Shown: positions 18,367-31,219, counted from the stretch's first letter. The stretch: DNA of 64,000 nt from an uncultured Chthonomonadaceae bacterium (GCA_963835065.1 CAWIEK010000049.1:608001-672000), one strand, 5' to 3'. Program-made: numbers and translations. The notes: generated from the letters alone by a model not told the origin.

Positions 18367-20724
18367 TTGCAGTTTTGATCGGCGCGGCGGCAGCGGCTTT
18401 GGTGATGTACAGCGCGGCGTCGGTGGTGATGGGCGGGGTGGGCAATTCGATGCCGTCTTTGGCCTTGTCTACCGCAACGTCGCTGGCGTCCAGGGATTTG
18501 CCCGCGTAGGTGTCCCACCACGTATAGCGGTACTTGCCCGGCTGCAAGCCCGTGACGAGGATTTTACCGCTTGCGCTTTCCTGCGGCGCGGCTTTGGCGT
18601 CTTTGGACGGCGCTTCGTAGATGTTGCCGCGATGGTAGACCCACGCGACGGCGAAATCCTTGCCGACGCGGGCGGAACAGCCTAAGCGCCCCGGTGTAGT
18701 TGCTCAGGGCGAATTGGCGGACGACGAGCCAATCTTTGCCCGTGTTCTCCACAGTGATGGCGTGGGAGCCTTGCGGCACGTCCACTTTCACCGCGCGCTC
18801 GTCGGCTTTCGGCGCGCGATCCAACTCGGCTGCGGCAAAGTCGCGCTCGGTTGTTTTGCCGTCAACCGTGATTTTCAGATGCGCCCCCGCTTTGGAGGTT
18901 TTACTCACGTCAATGGTAAACGTGCCGGGTTGCGGATACTGAACGTGCAATGTCAGCGGTTTGGGCATCATGTCGCGGTGCGCTTCGCCCTGCAGGAAGG
19001 TCGGGAACTGATCCATTCCCTGCGGAGCGCCTTCCTTGCCGACAACAAACTCGTTCTGCGCGGCCTTCACGAACCCGCCGCCCGGCCCGAAGCGCAAGGC
19101 CGCGTTCTGGCTGGTTTCGATAGGCAGGGTGGTATTGACGAGTGAGCCGTGATTGGCAAGCCCGGACGCCGTGACAAAACCTGACGCGGCTTTGAAGTGC
19201 GAATACAGGTTGTGCTGCTCCACGTTTACCCAATCCCAATACTGCGCCGCGCCCGACCCGTTGCGCATCAGGCTCGACCACAAGCCTTGATGCAATCCGA
19301 CGCCTTCCGCGTCCGACAGGCCGGACGGCCCGAACTCGCCGATGAATTCCGGCCTTTGCGGCTTCTTGCTTTTGGCTGTTTTCGTCGCGCCATACGTATC
19401 GGGTGTTTCCGTCGCGCCCAATGCGGTCAGCACGTCGGAGGGATAGGTATGCGTTTGCACATAGTCTACCGTTTCCCATATCGGGCTGTCATACGCGATG
19501 GCAGGCGCGGAGCTCGTTGTCAGCAGATGCCGGTAGCCGTCGTACTGACGCAGGAACAGCGCCATTTCCCGATGCCACAGCGCGATTTGATCGGTTAAGT
19601 TTGCTCCGTCCCGCGTCCGTGCCTTCCACTTCGTTGAACAATTCAAACGCGAGAATGTTGGGCGAGTACCCCCAGCGCGCCAGCATGTAGTACAATTTGC
19701 GCTTTGTCAGCGCGCGGGCCTGCGGGTTGGTGAAGAACTCTTCCGGGCTGTTCAAAAAGCCGCCGTTTTTGGCGTTGTAGGGGTTGGCGTTCCAGTTGGG
19801 GTCTACTTTGGTGGAATACTGCCCGTGATGCTGCACGACCAATTGAAAATAAATGCCGTTCTTTTGCGCCCCGTCTACAATGGCGTCCCACTTTTTCACG
19901 GCGGCAAGATCAATGTCGCCAAGTTTGACCGACTTTTCGGTTTTTGCGCTTTTGTCCGTCTTGTCGGAAGCCGCTGCTTTGCCTGCCTGCGCGTCTGGGG
20001 CGTTGGCGGGCCAATCTAGGTTCTTGCCATCCCAATGCGTCATCCACACGCGCGACCAGTTTTCACCGGCTTCGTGCATCTTGGCGAACAATTCGGGAGT
20101 GTCGGGCAGTTTGTCGCTGTGCCAGGCTTGATTGTGGCCGAGCGGGTAATAGCGCGCGCCGTTGTCGAACACAAACCGCGCATGGTCGCCCCGATCCAGG
20201 CGGACAAAACCGGGCTGCGTTTCGCCACTCACGCTCCAATCCTTCTTTTCCAGCTTTTCCTCATGCGCGATCTGGCCGTTCAGTTTAACGGACGCAACGG
20301 CGTAGGTTCCGGGCGAGGTCGGCGTGAAGCGAACGCGCCACGTATTGTCGCCGTCGTAAAACGCGGGAATGTCAACAGTGCTGTTGTCCGGCTTGCGCAG
20401 TTGAACCTGCACGTTCACCTTTTCGTAATCGAACGGATCGCCGGGCAGGCTGGCAAGCTGAAACGAGGTGGACAGCATGGGGAATGTACCCCTTCCCAGG
20501 CCGCTGGTCGCGCCCGTATTGCGGTCATTCTGGCGTCCGGCGATGGAGGAGTTGTAGCCGCTGCTGATGTCGCCGCCCAGGCTGCGGTTATAATCCCCCA
20601 ACCCGGACCCGGCGCACCCGGCAAGACTGTTCGCAAGAATGGCGGCTCCAAACGCGCCCAATGTCCGGCGCGTCAGACGGGCATTGCGTGAAAAACAAGC
20701 AAATTGATTGCGGTTGACCTTCAT
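18359..20724 (-). CDS. DUF5060-containing glycoside-hydrolase-like lipoprotein (clan GH-A like), split by frameshifts
   Basis: LAGC lipobox, AFYDGDNTWRVRFTP, ARWGYSPNILAFELFNE, FIGEFG; continuous over three ORFs with breaks near 19610 and 18560-18690. Confidence 0.75.
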
Positions 20725-21230
20725 AACGGTTATATTCCTGAAAAATACCCCGGCAGGCGTCCACTTGTGGACACGGCCCTCTCCCTGACGCAGTTTCAAT
20801 AAGCGCGGCTACTGCGAAGCCGCCGCGCTTCATTACGCCAGGGAAGGAGGGCATTTACATGCGGGGATGAACGAAGTTCAGAGTTTTGAATGTGGAAGAA
20901 ACTTCCTCTATTATACGCTGTTTTTGCCGGGATTGTGACTCGGTTTTTGCCGAAAGACGCTTGTTTTGTTCAGACAGGAATTGCTGAGCCTCGCAAGCCC
21001 TAAAGACGCGCCCTGCCTGAATTTAACTCTCGCCTTTGTGTGAAGGCAGGGAGTATAATCAGGCGCAAATGGTGAATAAGCCTTCTGAAACTACGCATTT
21101 TCAAACCGCGCGTTTTCAGGGGATTGGCGCGTTGTTTCACGGCAGACACGCCGATGTTCCCAAACAATACATCACCCAACCCGGACGGCATCCTTGCTCT
21201 GTCTGGAGAACACCATTCCCAATACTTACC

Positions 21231-23465
21231 ATGCTCATGACATTTCAAACAGTACCCTACGCGCTTTACCTGCAAATCAGTCGTCGCGCCTGCCTGCTGC
21301 TGTTCCTGCTATGCTGGCTGCTTGGCGCGGCTTCCCTGCTGCGCGCGTCCGCCGCGTCCAAAACGGTCACGCTGCAATCCCTGCTGACGGAACTGACCGA
21401 TGTGGACGTGGTGGCCCGGTGGCCGGAGCCGGAATATACAAGTTATGAGGCCAGCAGCTATGACCGCCGCCGTACAGGTCCCGACAAGCCCGACTGGTTC
21501 GCCAACAACGACCATTCGCAGTTCGTCCGGGTGGAAGAGCGGGCGGGGCGGCGCGAACAGGTGATGCTGGACGTGGACGGGCCGGGCGCGATTGTACGGT
21601 TCTGGCTGACGAGCAACGACAAGAGGGCGGGAACCCTGCGCGTGTACCTGGATCGCGCCGAACAGCCCGTCCTTCTCTTCAACAGCTACGACCTGATGTT
21701 CAGCGAGTTGGCCGCAAGTCCGCTGCTGCACCCGCACACGAGTTATAATCCGATGGGCGGGGGCGGCAGTACGCTGTATCTGCCCATCCCCTACGCCCGC
21801 CATTGCAAAGTGACCTGGGAGGAAGCCGATCCCAAAAACGGCGGCCCGCGTTATTACCAGATCAACTACCGTACTTATAATTCGGGAACTCGCGTCCAAA
21901 CCTTTACCCATGCGGTGCTGGAAGCCGCGCAAGCAGCCATTGCCCGAGCCAACCGCCTCCTGCTACATCCTCCCTTTCTCACGTCTTCTGCAGCTTCCTA
22001 CGTAACTTCCTCAGCGACTTCTTCTGCTGCCCCTGTGACTTCTGCCTCAACGGCCTCATCAACCGGCGACAAAACATTGTCGCTGGACAAGACCATCGAA
22101 GGCAGGAGTGAAGCAACGCTGGAACTTCCCAACGGCCCGCAGGCGATACGGCAATTGACAATGCAGTTCACCATTGAGCCGGACGCGAGCAAAGCGGATT
22201 CAAGCGAAACGCAGCAGGAACGGGATTGGGAACAGGCGCTGCGGGCCATGATTGTACGTATCCGTTTCGATGGCGAGGAAACCGTCTGGTGTCCCGTCAG
22301 TGATTTCGCCGGCAGCGGCGTGGGAACCTGGCCTTTAGAAAGCTGGTATCGGCGCGTGGATGCGGACGGTAAAATGACGTGCCGGTGGGTCATGCCCTAT
22401 GCCCATGCCGCGCAAATCACGCTCCTGAACCTGGGAACCCAACGGGTGCGGGCGCAGTTGGCGGCAACAGTGGGCAACTGGAAGTGGGATGCGCGTTCCA
22501 TGCGCTTTCACGCCGGGTGGCGGCAGCAGGCGCAAGTGGCGACCAAGCCCGACAGTGATTGGAACTTCCTGCGCGTGGAAGGGCGGGGCGTTCTGGTGGG
22601 CGACACGCTGGCCGTCTTTAATCCCGTGCCTGCGTGGTACGGCGAAGGCAACGAAAAGATTTGGGTGGATGGCGAAGCGTTTCCCTCCCATTTGGGCACG
22701 GGAACGGAAGATTATTACAACGCTTCCTGGGCGCCGACGCCCGTGTACCAGACGCCCTTTGCCAACGGCCCGCGCGTGGATGCGGCGCGTTCCGAAGGAC
22801 ACAATACGTACACCCGCAGCCGCAATCTGGACGCCATTCCGTTCCACAAATCCCTGCAGTTCGACATGGAAATCGAACACTGGCAGGACCCCAAAATAGA
22901 CATTGCCGCGACAACCTACTGGTATGCTTTCCCCAACGCGCGCAGCAACCGCGCACCCCAGCCGGAAGAAGCCCTGCGCCTCCTGTCTCACTTACCGCCT
23001 ACGTTCCGCATTGCCCAGAGCGTGGAGTGCGAAAACTGCAAAATAATCGCGCAAAGCGAGGGCTTCGGCACAGAAATACAGGACACGCGCCCTTTTCCCG
23101 GCCAGTGGAGCAACAACGCGCATCTGCTTGGAAAAGGCCGCAAGGTTGGCGATTTCGTAGAATTGCAGATACCCGCACAGGCAGGCAGGCATCTGTCACC
23201 AACGGGCAAACGGCGCATTACGCTGTACGCGACAAAGGCTGCGGATTACGGCATCGTGCGCCTGTGGGTCAACGGGCAGCGCGTCGCAAACGACTTCGAC
23301 GGCTATGCGCCCAATGTAACGCCTTTCGGCCCAATAGACCTGGGCACGTTCGCCGCGCAGGAGGGAGCGTTCGTACTCCACGCTGAAGTCGTGGGAACCA
23401 ATCCGAAGGCGGTGGGAGTGAAATATCTTTTCGGCCTGGACTGCATCGTACTTACTGCCGAATAA
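21231..23465 (+). CDS. DUF2961 / GH172-family glycoside hydrolase with C-terminal beta-sandwich
   Basis: SSYDR, GPGAIVRFW, WYGEGNEKIWVDGE, GTGTEDYY; start approximate. Confidence 0.85.
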   Translation: MLMTFQTVPYALYLQISRRACLLLFLLCWLLGAASLLRASAASKTVTLQSLLTELTDVDVVARWPEPEYTSYEASSYDRRRTGPDKPDWFANNDHSQFVRVEERAGRREQVMLDVDGPGAIVRFWLTSNDKRAGTLRVYLDRAEQPVLLFNSYDLMFSELAASPLLHPHTSYNPMGGGGSTLYLPIPYARHCKVTWEEADPKNGGPRYYQINYRTYNSGTRVQTFTHAVLEAAQAAIARANRLLLHPPFLTSSAASYVTSSATSSAAPVTSASTASSTGDKTLSLDKTIEGRSEATLELPNGPQAIRQLTMQFTIEPDASKADSSETQQERDWEQALRAMIVRIRFDGEETVWCPVSDFAGSGVGTWPLESWYRRVDADGKMTCRWVMPYAHAAQITLLNLGTQRVRAQLAATVGNWKWDARSMRFHAGWRQQAQVATKPDSDWNFLRVEGRGVLVGDTLAVFNPVPAWYGEGNEKIWVDGEAFPSHLGTGTEDYYNASWAPTPVYQTPFANGPRVDAARSEGHNTYTRSRNLDAIPFHKSLQFDMEIEHWQDPKIDIAATTYWYAFPNARSNRAPQPEEALRLLSHLPPTFRIAQSVECENCKIIAQSEGFGTEIQDTRPFPGQWSNNAHLLGKGRKVGDFVELQIPAQAGRHLSPTGKRRITLYATKAADYGIVRLWVNGQRVANDFDGYAPNVTPFGPIDLGTFAAQEGAFVLHAEVVGTNPKAVGVKYLFGLDCIVLTAE

Positions 23466-23837
23466 GACGCCTTGAAATTTCGAGGATGACGGGATGGTTG
23501 CTCAAGGTCAACGGCGCGGAAGCGGCATTCCGCAGAGTTTGGCAGGTCTGGCAGGCGAGGGCTAGATTGTCCAAATCTGTCGCGCCATTCCGACTTTTCA
23601 GAATAATTTATTCCGCAGAAAAAGGGTCTACCGCATGGTCTTCACGACTGCGGCAGAACTCACACGGATGACGCGCTCTTTCTGCCACTGTCTGTTTGAG
23701 ACGCCGGGGAACGGTTCCTCTAGCCACGCCGCGCCAGACCTAATTCACGCATCAGCGTGTCAAGATCAGTCTGTCGCATATCCGCAAGCGCAGACAAGGC
23801 TTTGATTCGGCGCTTAGCGAACGTCCCTGCTTCGTTG

Positions 23838-24179
23838 TCAGGAGGCAGTGACGAGGGGTGGTGTCATTTGCGCCTGCAATTCGCGGAGTTGGTTGGCGAG
23901 AGCAACAGGGGGATTGCCGGAAAGTCCCTGTGCAACCAGCCGTTCGGCCTCACTTAGTTCGCCACAGTCCAGGGCAAGCAGGGCGGCACTACGATAGAGA
24001 ATAGCGCGGGTTGGTTCGTGCTGCGGCGTATCGGCAAGCAGGGCAGCAGCCTCTTTTTCGAGTTCATAGGCATGCCGGGTGAATTGACGCGCCTGTTCGA
24101 GGTCGCCGCGCATCTGAGCGACGTTGGCGTTGTCAAGCTGCTGCATGGCTTGATGATGGATGGTTCGTACTTGACTCAT
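23838..24179 (-). CDS. Small TPR-like helical hypothetical protein
   Basis: HHQAM...LEKEAA...EPTRAILYRSAALLA; ATGA-coupled to upstream gene. Confidence 0.75.
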   Translation of the reverse strand: MSQVRTIHHQAMQQLDNANVAQMRGDLEQARQFTRHAYELEKEAAALLADTPQHEPTRAILYRSAALLALDCGELSEAERLVAQGLSGNPPVALANQLRELQAQMTPPLVTAS

Positions 24180-24737
24180 CGTTTTTCTATTCTGACAGTC
24201 GAAATGCTAAACGCCACAATTACAAGGAAAATGGGCAGAAGGGTTCCGCGATTTTGAACTTGCCTGATTTTCTCGTTCAGGCGATATTGTAAATCTACTT
24301 CGGTTCCCTCCAGAATACCGGAAACTTCGAGAGTTGCTGTTGCGTCGGCTAAAAAGTTGTCGGTATCTACTTCGATGTCTTTGCGCAACGGAGCCACATA
24401 ATAGTCGAAGCCGCCGTTGCCTTTTGGAGCGCGTTCCAAAATAGTGAGTTCCTCACACGCTTCCATAACCAATACAGCCATGCCACACGCACCGTATTCG
24501 GTCGCTTCCTGTAAATCGGCATAAGTGCGGCGCATCTGCTGCGTAATTGCCGGGCCGGTTACTGTGAACTCTCTATCATGCTGCCCTGTAACACGCAGAG
24601 TTGGCAAGCCTGATTTTCCACACTTATCGTAGCAGACGATAGCACATTCTGCCAGATGCCCCCCTTCACTGGCTGTCAGCCCGATGCGCCCGGCAAACAG
24701 CGAGTGAAGATTTCAGGACAGGTGGAATTTCAGGCAT
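24176..24737 (-). CDS. Hypothetical protein, possible PD-(D/E)XK nuclease; 1-nt frameshift near 24712
   Basis: EATEYGA, GFDYY...LEVSGI; removing one A restores MPEIPPVLNLHSLFAGRIGLT in frame. Confidence 0.6.
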
Positions 24738-24753
24738 TGCGCATTGACCTTCG

Positions 24754-26121
24754 CTAAATTCCGGCGAGGCGGGCGTCGGCGTCGCCGAAATGCGGCAATG
24801 GGACGCCCATTCTGTCCATCAGCGACAGGTACAGGCTGCACACCTTGCGGTTCTCGTCGCCCTTGTCCCGGTAGTTCAGCACCCGGCCTGTTTCCAGTTT
24901 GCCGCCCATGTTGCCGATTGTCAGGATGGGCAGGGTTGAGTTGTCGTGGTTGGAGCCGGAGAACATGTTGGAAAGCCACAGCAGGCAGGTGCTGTCCAGA
25001 ACCGTGCCCTCACCTTCCGGCATCGCCTGTAGTTTTCCGGCGAGGTAGGCGAGATGGCCGACGTAGAACTGCGTGATGCGCAGATAGTCGTCGGACGTGT
25101 CGTGGTGGGACGCGGGATGATGGGCGTCGCGCACACCGAGGAACGGGTAGAACAGCCCGGAAAGGTCGCGGCACATCAGCATGGAGGCGATGCGGGTCTT
25201 ATCGGTTTGAATCGCCAGTGCCACCACGTCGCACATCAGGCGCATGTGTTCGCGGATGTCTTCCGGCAGGCCGTTTTCGGGGCGCTTCATGCCGACGAGC
25301 GGCTTGCCCTTGTCTTTGGCGCGGTCAGCGGCCTTGCCCAGATCGCCGCGCATACGCTGCGCGCGCTGCTCCACGTCCCGAACGCTTGTCAGGTACTCGT
25401 CTAATTTGGCGCGGTCATCGTGGCTGATACGGCGGCGCAGTCCGCTCGCTTCCGCGCTGACGCGATCCAGAATGCTTTCCATGCGCCGGTTGCCGCTGTT
25501 CTCGAACAGGCTGTCAAAGGCCAGCGAGGGGTAAACTTCGCAGGGAACGGGCAAATCCGCGCTTTGCCAGGAGATGTGCGAGCTATAGGCCATCGAAAAG
25601 TTCGTTTCGTGGTAGCCCGTCAGCGGCTGTTCGCAGGCCAGCACCAGACTGGGCTGAACCGTGTCCTGCCCAAGATGCGCGGCAAGCACCTGATCTACGC
25701 TGACGCCGCCATGCAGCACCGCCCCCCGCGTGAGCGGCATGCCCGAAAGAATGTTGCCGGTCATGCCGGGATGAATTCCCACGCCCGTAGAAGGCTTGTT
25801 GAAAAGCCCGTTGATGACGTTGAGTTTGGTTTTGAACGGCTCCAGGGCTTGCAGGCTCTTGCTCAGCTCCATGCTCGCGCCTTCGCCCTTCGCCCACCAG
25901 TGATTCGGGTTGATGCCCGTGCCCATGAACTGCACGATGAAGCGGCGGGGCGGCGCGCTGGCCGCTTTGGGCGCTTCCGCCGCGCTTCCCCACACCGGAA
26001 GGGATTCCAGCCAGGGCAGCGCCATGACGACGCCCGCGCCCCGCAGGAAAATGCGCCGGGAAACCGGAGCGGAAGACGGCGAAGTCGGTTTCTGATCTGG
26101 TGTTTGCTCTTCGTTCGTCAT
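24754..26121 (-). CDS. DUF1552 protein with Tat signal (copy A)
   Basis: SRRIFLRGAG..ALPWLESL, SVDQV, KLDEYLTSVRDVE, HHPASHH, EGEGTVLD. Confidence 0.9.
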   Translation of the reverse strand: MTNEEQTPDQKPTSPSSAPVSRRIFLRGAGVVMALPWLESLPVWGSAAEAPKAASAPPRRFIVQFMGTGINPNHWWAKGEGASMELSKSLQALEPFKTKLNVINGLFNKPSTGVGIHPGMTGNILSGMPLTRGAVLHGGVSVDQVLAAHLGQDTVQPSLVLACEQPLTGYHETNFSMAYSSHISWQSADLPVPCEVYPSLAFDSLFENSGNRRMESILDRVSAEASGLRRRISHDDRAKLDEYLTSVRDVEQRAQRMRGDLGKAADRAKDKGKPLVGMKRPENGLPEDIREHMRLMCDVVALAIQTDKTRIASMLMCRDLSGLFYPFLGVRDAHHPASHHDTSDDYLRITQFYVGHLAYLAGKLQAMPEGEGTVLDSTCLLWLSNMFSGSNHDNSTLPILTIGNMGGKLETGRVLNYRDKGDENRKVCSLYLSLMDRMGVPLPHFGDADARLAGI

Positions 26122-26179
26122 TGTTTTGTGTTGCAGATCGCCTCTTTCAGCTGTATTCTAACATAAAAGCAGTGCCGGT

Positions 26180-29100
26180 TTAATTCCTTGCGGAAAGCGA
26201 TTGGTTCTTTGCCAACGTGGGCGTGGCGCGTCGGTTGCGGAACTGCGGGCTGGTGACAATGCTTTCTACGAGCGTTCCGAAACGGTAGTTGTTGGCAGCC
26301 AATTTCTGCTGCATTTGAAGCAGCAGCGGGTCGTCGGACGGCTGCAGGGTGCGCCCCAGGGCGTAGCACAACAGTTTGCGGCCCATATTGTCAAGAAAGT
26401 CTTGCTGGCGCTGTCCCTTGACAAACTCCTGCAAGCCCGACACGCCGGATAGTTCCTTGTTGCCGGGAAACGACGCTTTGGCGTCTACGGGCTTGCCGCC
26501 CAAATCCTTGCTGCGCTGTTCGCCAACCGGCCCGTAGCCTTCAAAGACAAGGCCATAGGAGTCGAAGCGGGCATGGCAGCCCGCGCAGGCCGGGTTTGCG
26601 CGGTGCGCGGCAAGCGCCTGCCGGAGCGTCAGGTCGCCCATTTTGCTTTCGTCGCTGGGCAGCGCGGGAACGTTGGCAGGCGGCGGGGGAATGGTTTCGC
26701 CCAACACGCGCTTCACGACCCAGTAGCCGCGCTTCACCGGGCTGGTGCGCAGGCCGGGGGAGTTTTTGGTCAGGAAAACCGCCATCGGCAACAATCCGCC
26801 CCTGCCATAATGGTCGGCGTTGTCCACCCGCACCCACTCATTCGCTGTCGGCTTCACGTCCGTCATGCCGTAATGCTTCGCAAGGGGCGCGTTGACAAAG
26901 GTGTATTTGCCGTACAGCAAATCCAGCACGGAATGACCCTGCTGAAACTCGTCCATCAGGAAGTGCAGCGGCTCCTCGAACATGGCCTCGCGCAGCTCGT
27001 CGTTAAAGCCGGGGAACCGCTCGCGGTCTACGGCGTTATGCTCCTCAAAGCGGCGGAAGTCCAGCCAGTTGCCCCCGAATTCGAGAGCCAGGGCGCGAAC
27101 GCGCGGGTTTTTCAGCATCCGGCGGGACTGCGCGGCCAGCACGTTGGGGCGGTGCAGATCACCGGCTGCGGCGTGGGCAAGCAGTTCCTGATCGGGCATA
27201 CTCGACCAGAGGAAATAGCTCAACCGGCTTGCCAGCGCGTAATCCGGGAGCGGCTGTACGCTGCCGCCGCCGTTGTGCTGTTATTGTAACTTACGCCGTT
27301 GCTGTTCGTATTATTATGGGGCGGCGCGGGGGCGGCATGGCGCGTGAAGGCAGCCGTTCGCGCCCCGGAACTCGCACTCGCAATCGGCGCGAACTTGAAA
27401 TCACCCTCTGAGGCTTCCAAATCCACGCGAAACAGGAATTTGGGCGACATCAGGACGCTGACAACGGAATCCCGAATGGCGTCCTCGTGGGTCAAGCCTT
27501 CCTTTTGCCGGAGGGTCTGGTAGAAACCCAGCAGGTCGGCGCGTTCCGCCGTTGTCAGAGGATGGCGATACGCGCGGGCGGCGAAGTCGAGCAGGGATTT
27601 GCGATGAATTGGCTCGGCGGCAAGCCGCGCTCGTTCCGCAGACCGGATGTTGACCGACACCCACTTGAAATGGTCTTCAATCGCCTGCAGCGTCTGCGGT
27701 TCCGCCCCGTTTTTACGGGCTTTCGCCATGTACAGGTCGCCCAACAGCTTGATTTTGGCGTCCGACAGGGCTTCTTTGTCTTCGGCGCGGGCAAAGTTGA
27801 ATTCGGGATCGGTGATGGTTCCGGCTTCGGCGCGCTCGTATACGAAGAACTCCGAGTGCATGCGCTCAGGGACAAAAGCGACAGTATCGAAATCCAGCCA
27901 CATGCTGTCCAGTTTGCGCTTGCTGTTTTCGTCCAGTATCAATTCCATCAGGGGCTTGTCGTCGCGGAAGTAGCCCATCGAGTTGTGCAGCCCGGCGGTC
28001 AGCAGACGGCCCTTGTCGCCCGGATCGTCCACGAACATGCGGCCCCGCTCGGCAATATAAAACGCATCGGGAAACACATTACAAAACCGATTAAACGACG
28101 CCATGAGAGGCGCGCGGGCGGCTTCGTCCTGGGGCAAAAACAGGTCGGCGTCTACGGGATCAATAACGGTTTGATCCGGCTGTCGGCGGCCTCCATTGCG
28201 GCGTCCGGGGATCGTCCGCGTTGCGGGCTTACCGCCGATTTGCAGCGTGTCGGGATTGAGCATCCGGCGGTGGGAGGCATACTGGTTATCCTTCCACAAA
28301 ACGAAACACTGACCGCCGCTGGAAAAACCGCGCGGAACCGGCAGGTTGGCGAACTTCCACGCCACTTTCTTGCGCAGGGTGACAACCCAATCCCGCATTG
28401 CCACGCAGCCGGCGCGAGCGGCGTCCGCATGGGTTTTGTCCGGGGCGGGAAGCGCGTTCCACTGCGCCTGAAGCCTGGCAATCGGGCCGACTTTTTCACC
28501 GGGCGCGTTGAGCGTGTTCCATATCAATTCCAGGTAGCGCGGGCTTACTTTCGTTTCGGCGGCAACGGTTTGCAGCGTGGCGTTGGGAATGCCCAGGGCA
28601 GCCCGATGCTGATACCGCCATGCGGCCTGAAAATAATCCGCAACGTCGGTGGGCTGCTTCTTGTAAAAATCCACGATGCGCAGGATGCAGAATTTGTCCC
28701 GGTCCGTTTCGGCCAGAACCGGATGGGAGGCAAATTCCAGCCCCGTCGAAGTCAGCGCCATGCGATCCGCGATGTCTTTGGCGGCGGTCACGTATTTCTT
28801 CAGCAGCGCGGGCGATAGGGTGAGCGACTCGCCGGAATTGTCGAAGCCTTCCTGATTGGCCGGGTCTACAGGAAACTCGCGGGTGGGGCGCATGTCCACG
28901 CCGGTCAGGTCGCGGATGGTGTAATCGTATTCCGCGTTGCTCAGGCGTCGCGCCAGGACAGGGCCGGGATCGCCGGCATTGCGCAGCGCTTCCAATTTGC
29001 GCGCGGCGCGAACCCAGGCGATGACCGCGTTGCGTTGCGCGTCCGAGGGCTGCTTGCCGACATTGGGCGGCGGCATCTGTTTGGCGGCAAGTTTGTCCAG

Positions 29101-29397
29101 CACCAGGGACCAGTGGGGAGCGTCCCGCATCACGGAATTCATACTGGCATACGCGGTAAGGTCAAGCTGCGCCTGCGGTTTCGCGCTGCTATGGCAGGAA
29201 ACGCAGTAGGTTTGCAGGAACGGACGCACCGTGCCGGCGAACTGCTGTTCCAGAGCGGTACGGGGTTGGGCGGCGGGCCGGGTTTTGGCGGGCGTATCCG
29301 CGCCGGACGCGCCGGCCCACGCAAGCACCGCCGCGAACGCTGAAGCAGACACGAGAAAACTTCCTGTAGAGGGATTAAACTTGAATTTACAGCGCAT
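26180..29397 (-). CDS. DUF1592 / planctomycete-type cytochrome c protein (copy A), frameshifted near 27270-27295
   Basis: CVSCH, RRLSNAEYDYTIRDL, SYFLWSSMPD, TSPVKRG, CAGCH; intact in copy B. Confidence 0.85.
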
Positions 29398-29478
29398 GGG
29401 TTCGTGTGACTCCTAAATTTTGAACATGCTTTTAGTATACGCGCTTACAAGTAAAAAATCCACTTGATTTTGTGACGC

Positions 29479-29507
29479 TTGACGCATTTCCGGTTTTGGC
29501 TTATACT
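29479..29507 (+). promoter_or_regulatory. Promoter shared by three Uma2 genes (also at 35912 and 39232)
   Basis: TTGACG-17-TATACT in near-identical context three times. Confidence 0.7.
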
Positions 29508-29548
29508 GTGGGAGTGGCGGTGTAAACAGAGGCAGGAGGAAAACCATC

Positions 29549-30459
29549 ATGGCAACGTTGAGCGTACCACGCGACGGTGTGTTGGACAAGGTGCATTAGA
29601 CAGCGGCTTGGACAGCGACCTACCAGGCAGTCATGCGCCGGTTTCCGGCAAGCAAGCCGGGAATGGACAGGGCAGGAACGGACACGACAGAGCAGGGCTG
29701 CGAACAAAACGGGCGACAGCAAACCCCGTTCTAAAAGAGCAATCTACTATCCGACAGGAGACGGCAAGCCGATGGCCGAAGACGAGCCGCATCTGAACTT
29801 GATGAACTACTCCATTCCCGCGCTGCGCTACCGCCTTCGCAACCGTCCTGACGTATATGTCGCCGGCAACAACTTCCTGTACTATGAAGAGGGCAACCCC
29901 AAAGCGCGCGTGTCTCCCGACTGCTATGTGGCGTTGGGCGTGGAGCCGAAAGGGCGCAGGCGCTTCTACAAGGTGTGGGAGGAGAACGGCATTGCCCCCT
30001 CTGTTATTTTTGAGTTCACGTCCAAGAAGACGAAGAAGGAAGACCTGACGATCAAGAAGTCCCTCTACGAGCAGGTATTAAGAGTGCAGGAGTATTTCCA
30101 GTTCGATCCGACCGGCGATTACTTGAAGCCGCGCTTGCAGGGGCAGCGCTTACATGAGGGAGTGTACCAGCCGATAGAACTCAACGACAACCGCATGTTC
30201 AGCGAACAGTTAGGACTGGAACTCGTCATGGAAGGCGAAACCTTGCGCTTCTATGATCCTGCAACTGGCGAGTGGCTGCGCACGTATGAACAGGCCGAAA
30301 CGCAACGCCTTGCGCAGGAGCAACTGCGCCCAGACAGAAGCACAGAGGGCGGAAGCGGCGGACCAACGCGCCGACAGCGAAAAGCAGCGCGCCGAGTTTG
30401 CCGAAGCGGAACTGGCGCGACTGCGCGCTGAACTCGAAGCTCTGCGGCAGCAGAAATGA
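29549..30459 (+). CDS. Uma2-family endonuclease with coiled-coil tail (copy 1, frameshifted)
   Basis: YPTGDGKPMAE, SPDCYV, FEFTS, EYFQFDP; indels near 29595-29700 and 30325. Confidence 0.8.
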
Positions 30460-30819
30460 ACAGAAGGGTATGTAGAGGCAGCGTCGAAATCTTGGCAATG
30501 CAGCGCTTTCAGCACAGTGTCTCGTTGTGTCAAGTTGTAAAAGTAAGAGGCGTCGTGGCCTCGAAAGCGTCAGGGCGGACGGGAGGAGTGGAACATGGAT
30601 GGGTGCCTCCTTCCTGTGTATAACATCTGTATAGTAGACTTTGTACCTTATAGACAGGCTGAAAGGGGCAAAGGGTTCGTTTTTTCGCGTTATTTGGCTC
30701 TTTTTTCTGTTTCTTTTTGGTATTTTTCACGCCGCGCTGAGAACCGGGAGGGGCGCTTGCTTGTGGGCGGGCACAACATGTTGTGCCCCTTCGTTTGGGA
30801 ACTTGTTCTTTTCAGCCCC

Positions 30820-31219
30820 TTACTGCCCCGGCCCGCCGGATTTGGCGACCCAGTCGGTATCAATCCCCTGCGCCATCAGCAGCTCGGACAACTGCCCGAC
30901 GTGGCCCTGCAGGTGGCGCAGGTTCATGAGTTGGTGGGACAGCTTGCTCATGTTCTTGTACCACGAGAAGCCCGTTGCGTCGGCGTCGAGGTCAAGTTGA
31001 GCGACGGTGGGGCCGACAAGCGCGTCAACGAACCGGATGTAGTCGAGCATCTCGCTGCTCCGGTAGATTTCGGCTTCTGCGGGCAGTTCGTAGGGTTCCA
31101 CTGCAAACGGCGGCTTCCAGAGTCCGTGATGGATGCCCTCTTTTCGTCCGGGCCAGGGCTGAAAAGCCTCCTCGCTCTGCCCCAGGTACAGGTGGGTGAA
31201 GAAAGCGGCGTGAAAGGCG
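30820..31219 (-). pseudogene. 3' fragment of DinB gene, fused in frame to DUF1552 copy B
   Basis: Near-identical to 36958-37357. Confidence 0.85.

Noticed and set aside
30460..30819. Small gene or sRNA in the unit-A spacer
   Set aside because: Only an 8-codon ORF after an RBS-like site and a short palindrome; insufficient support
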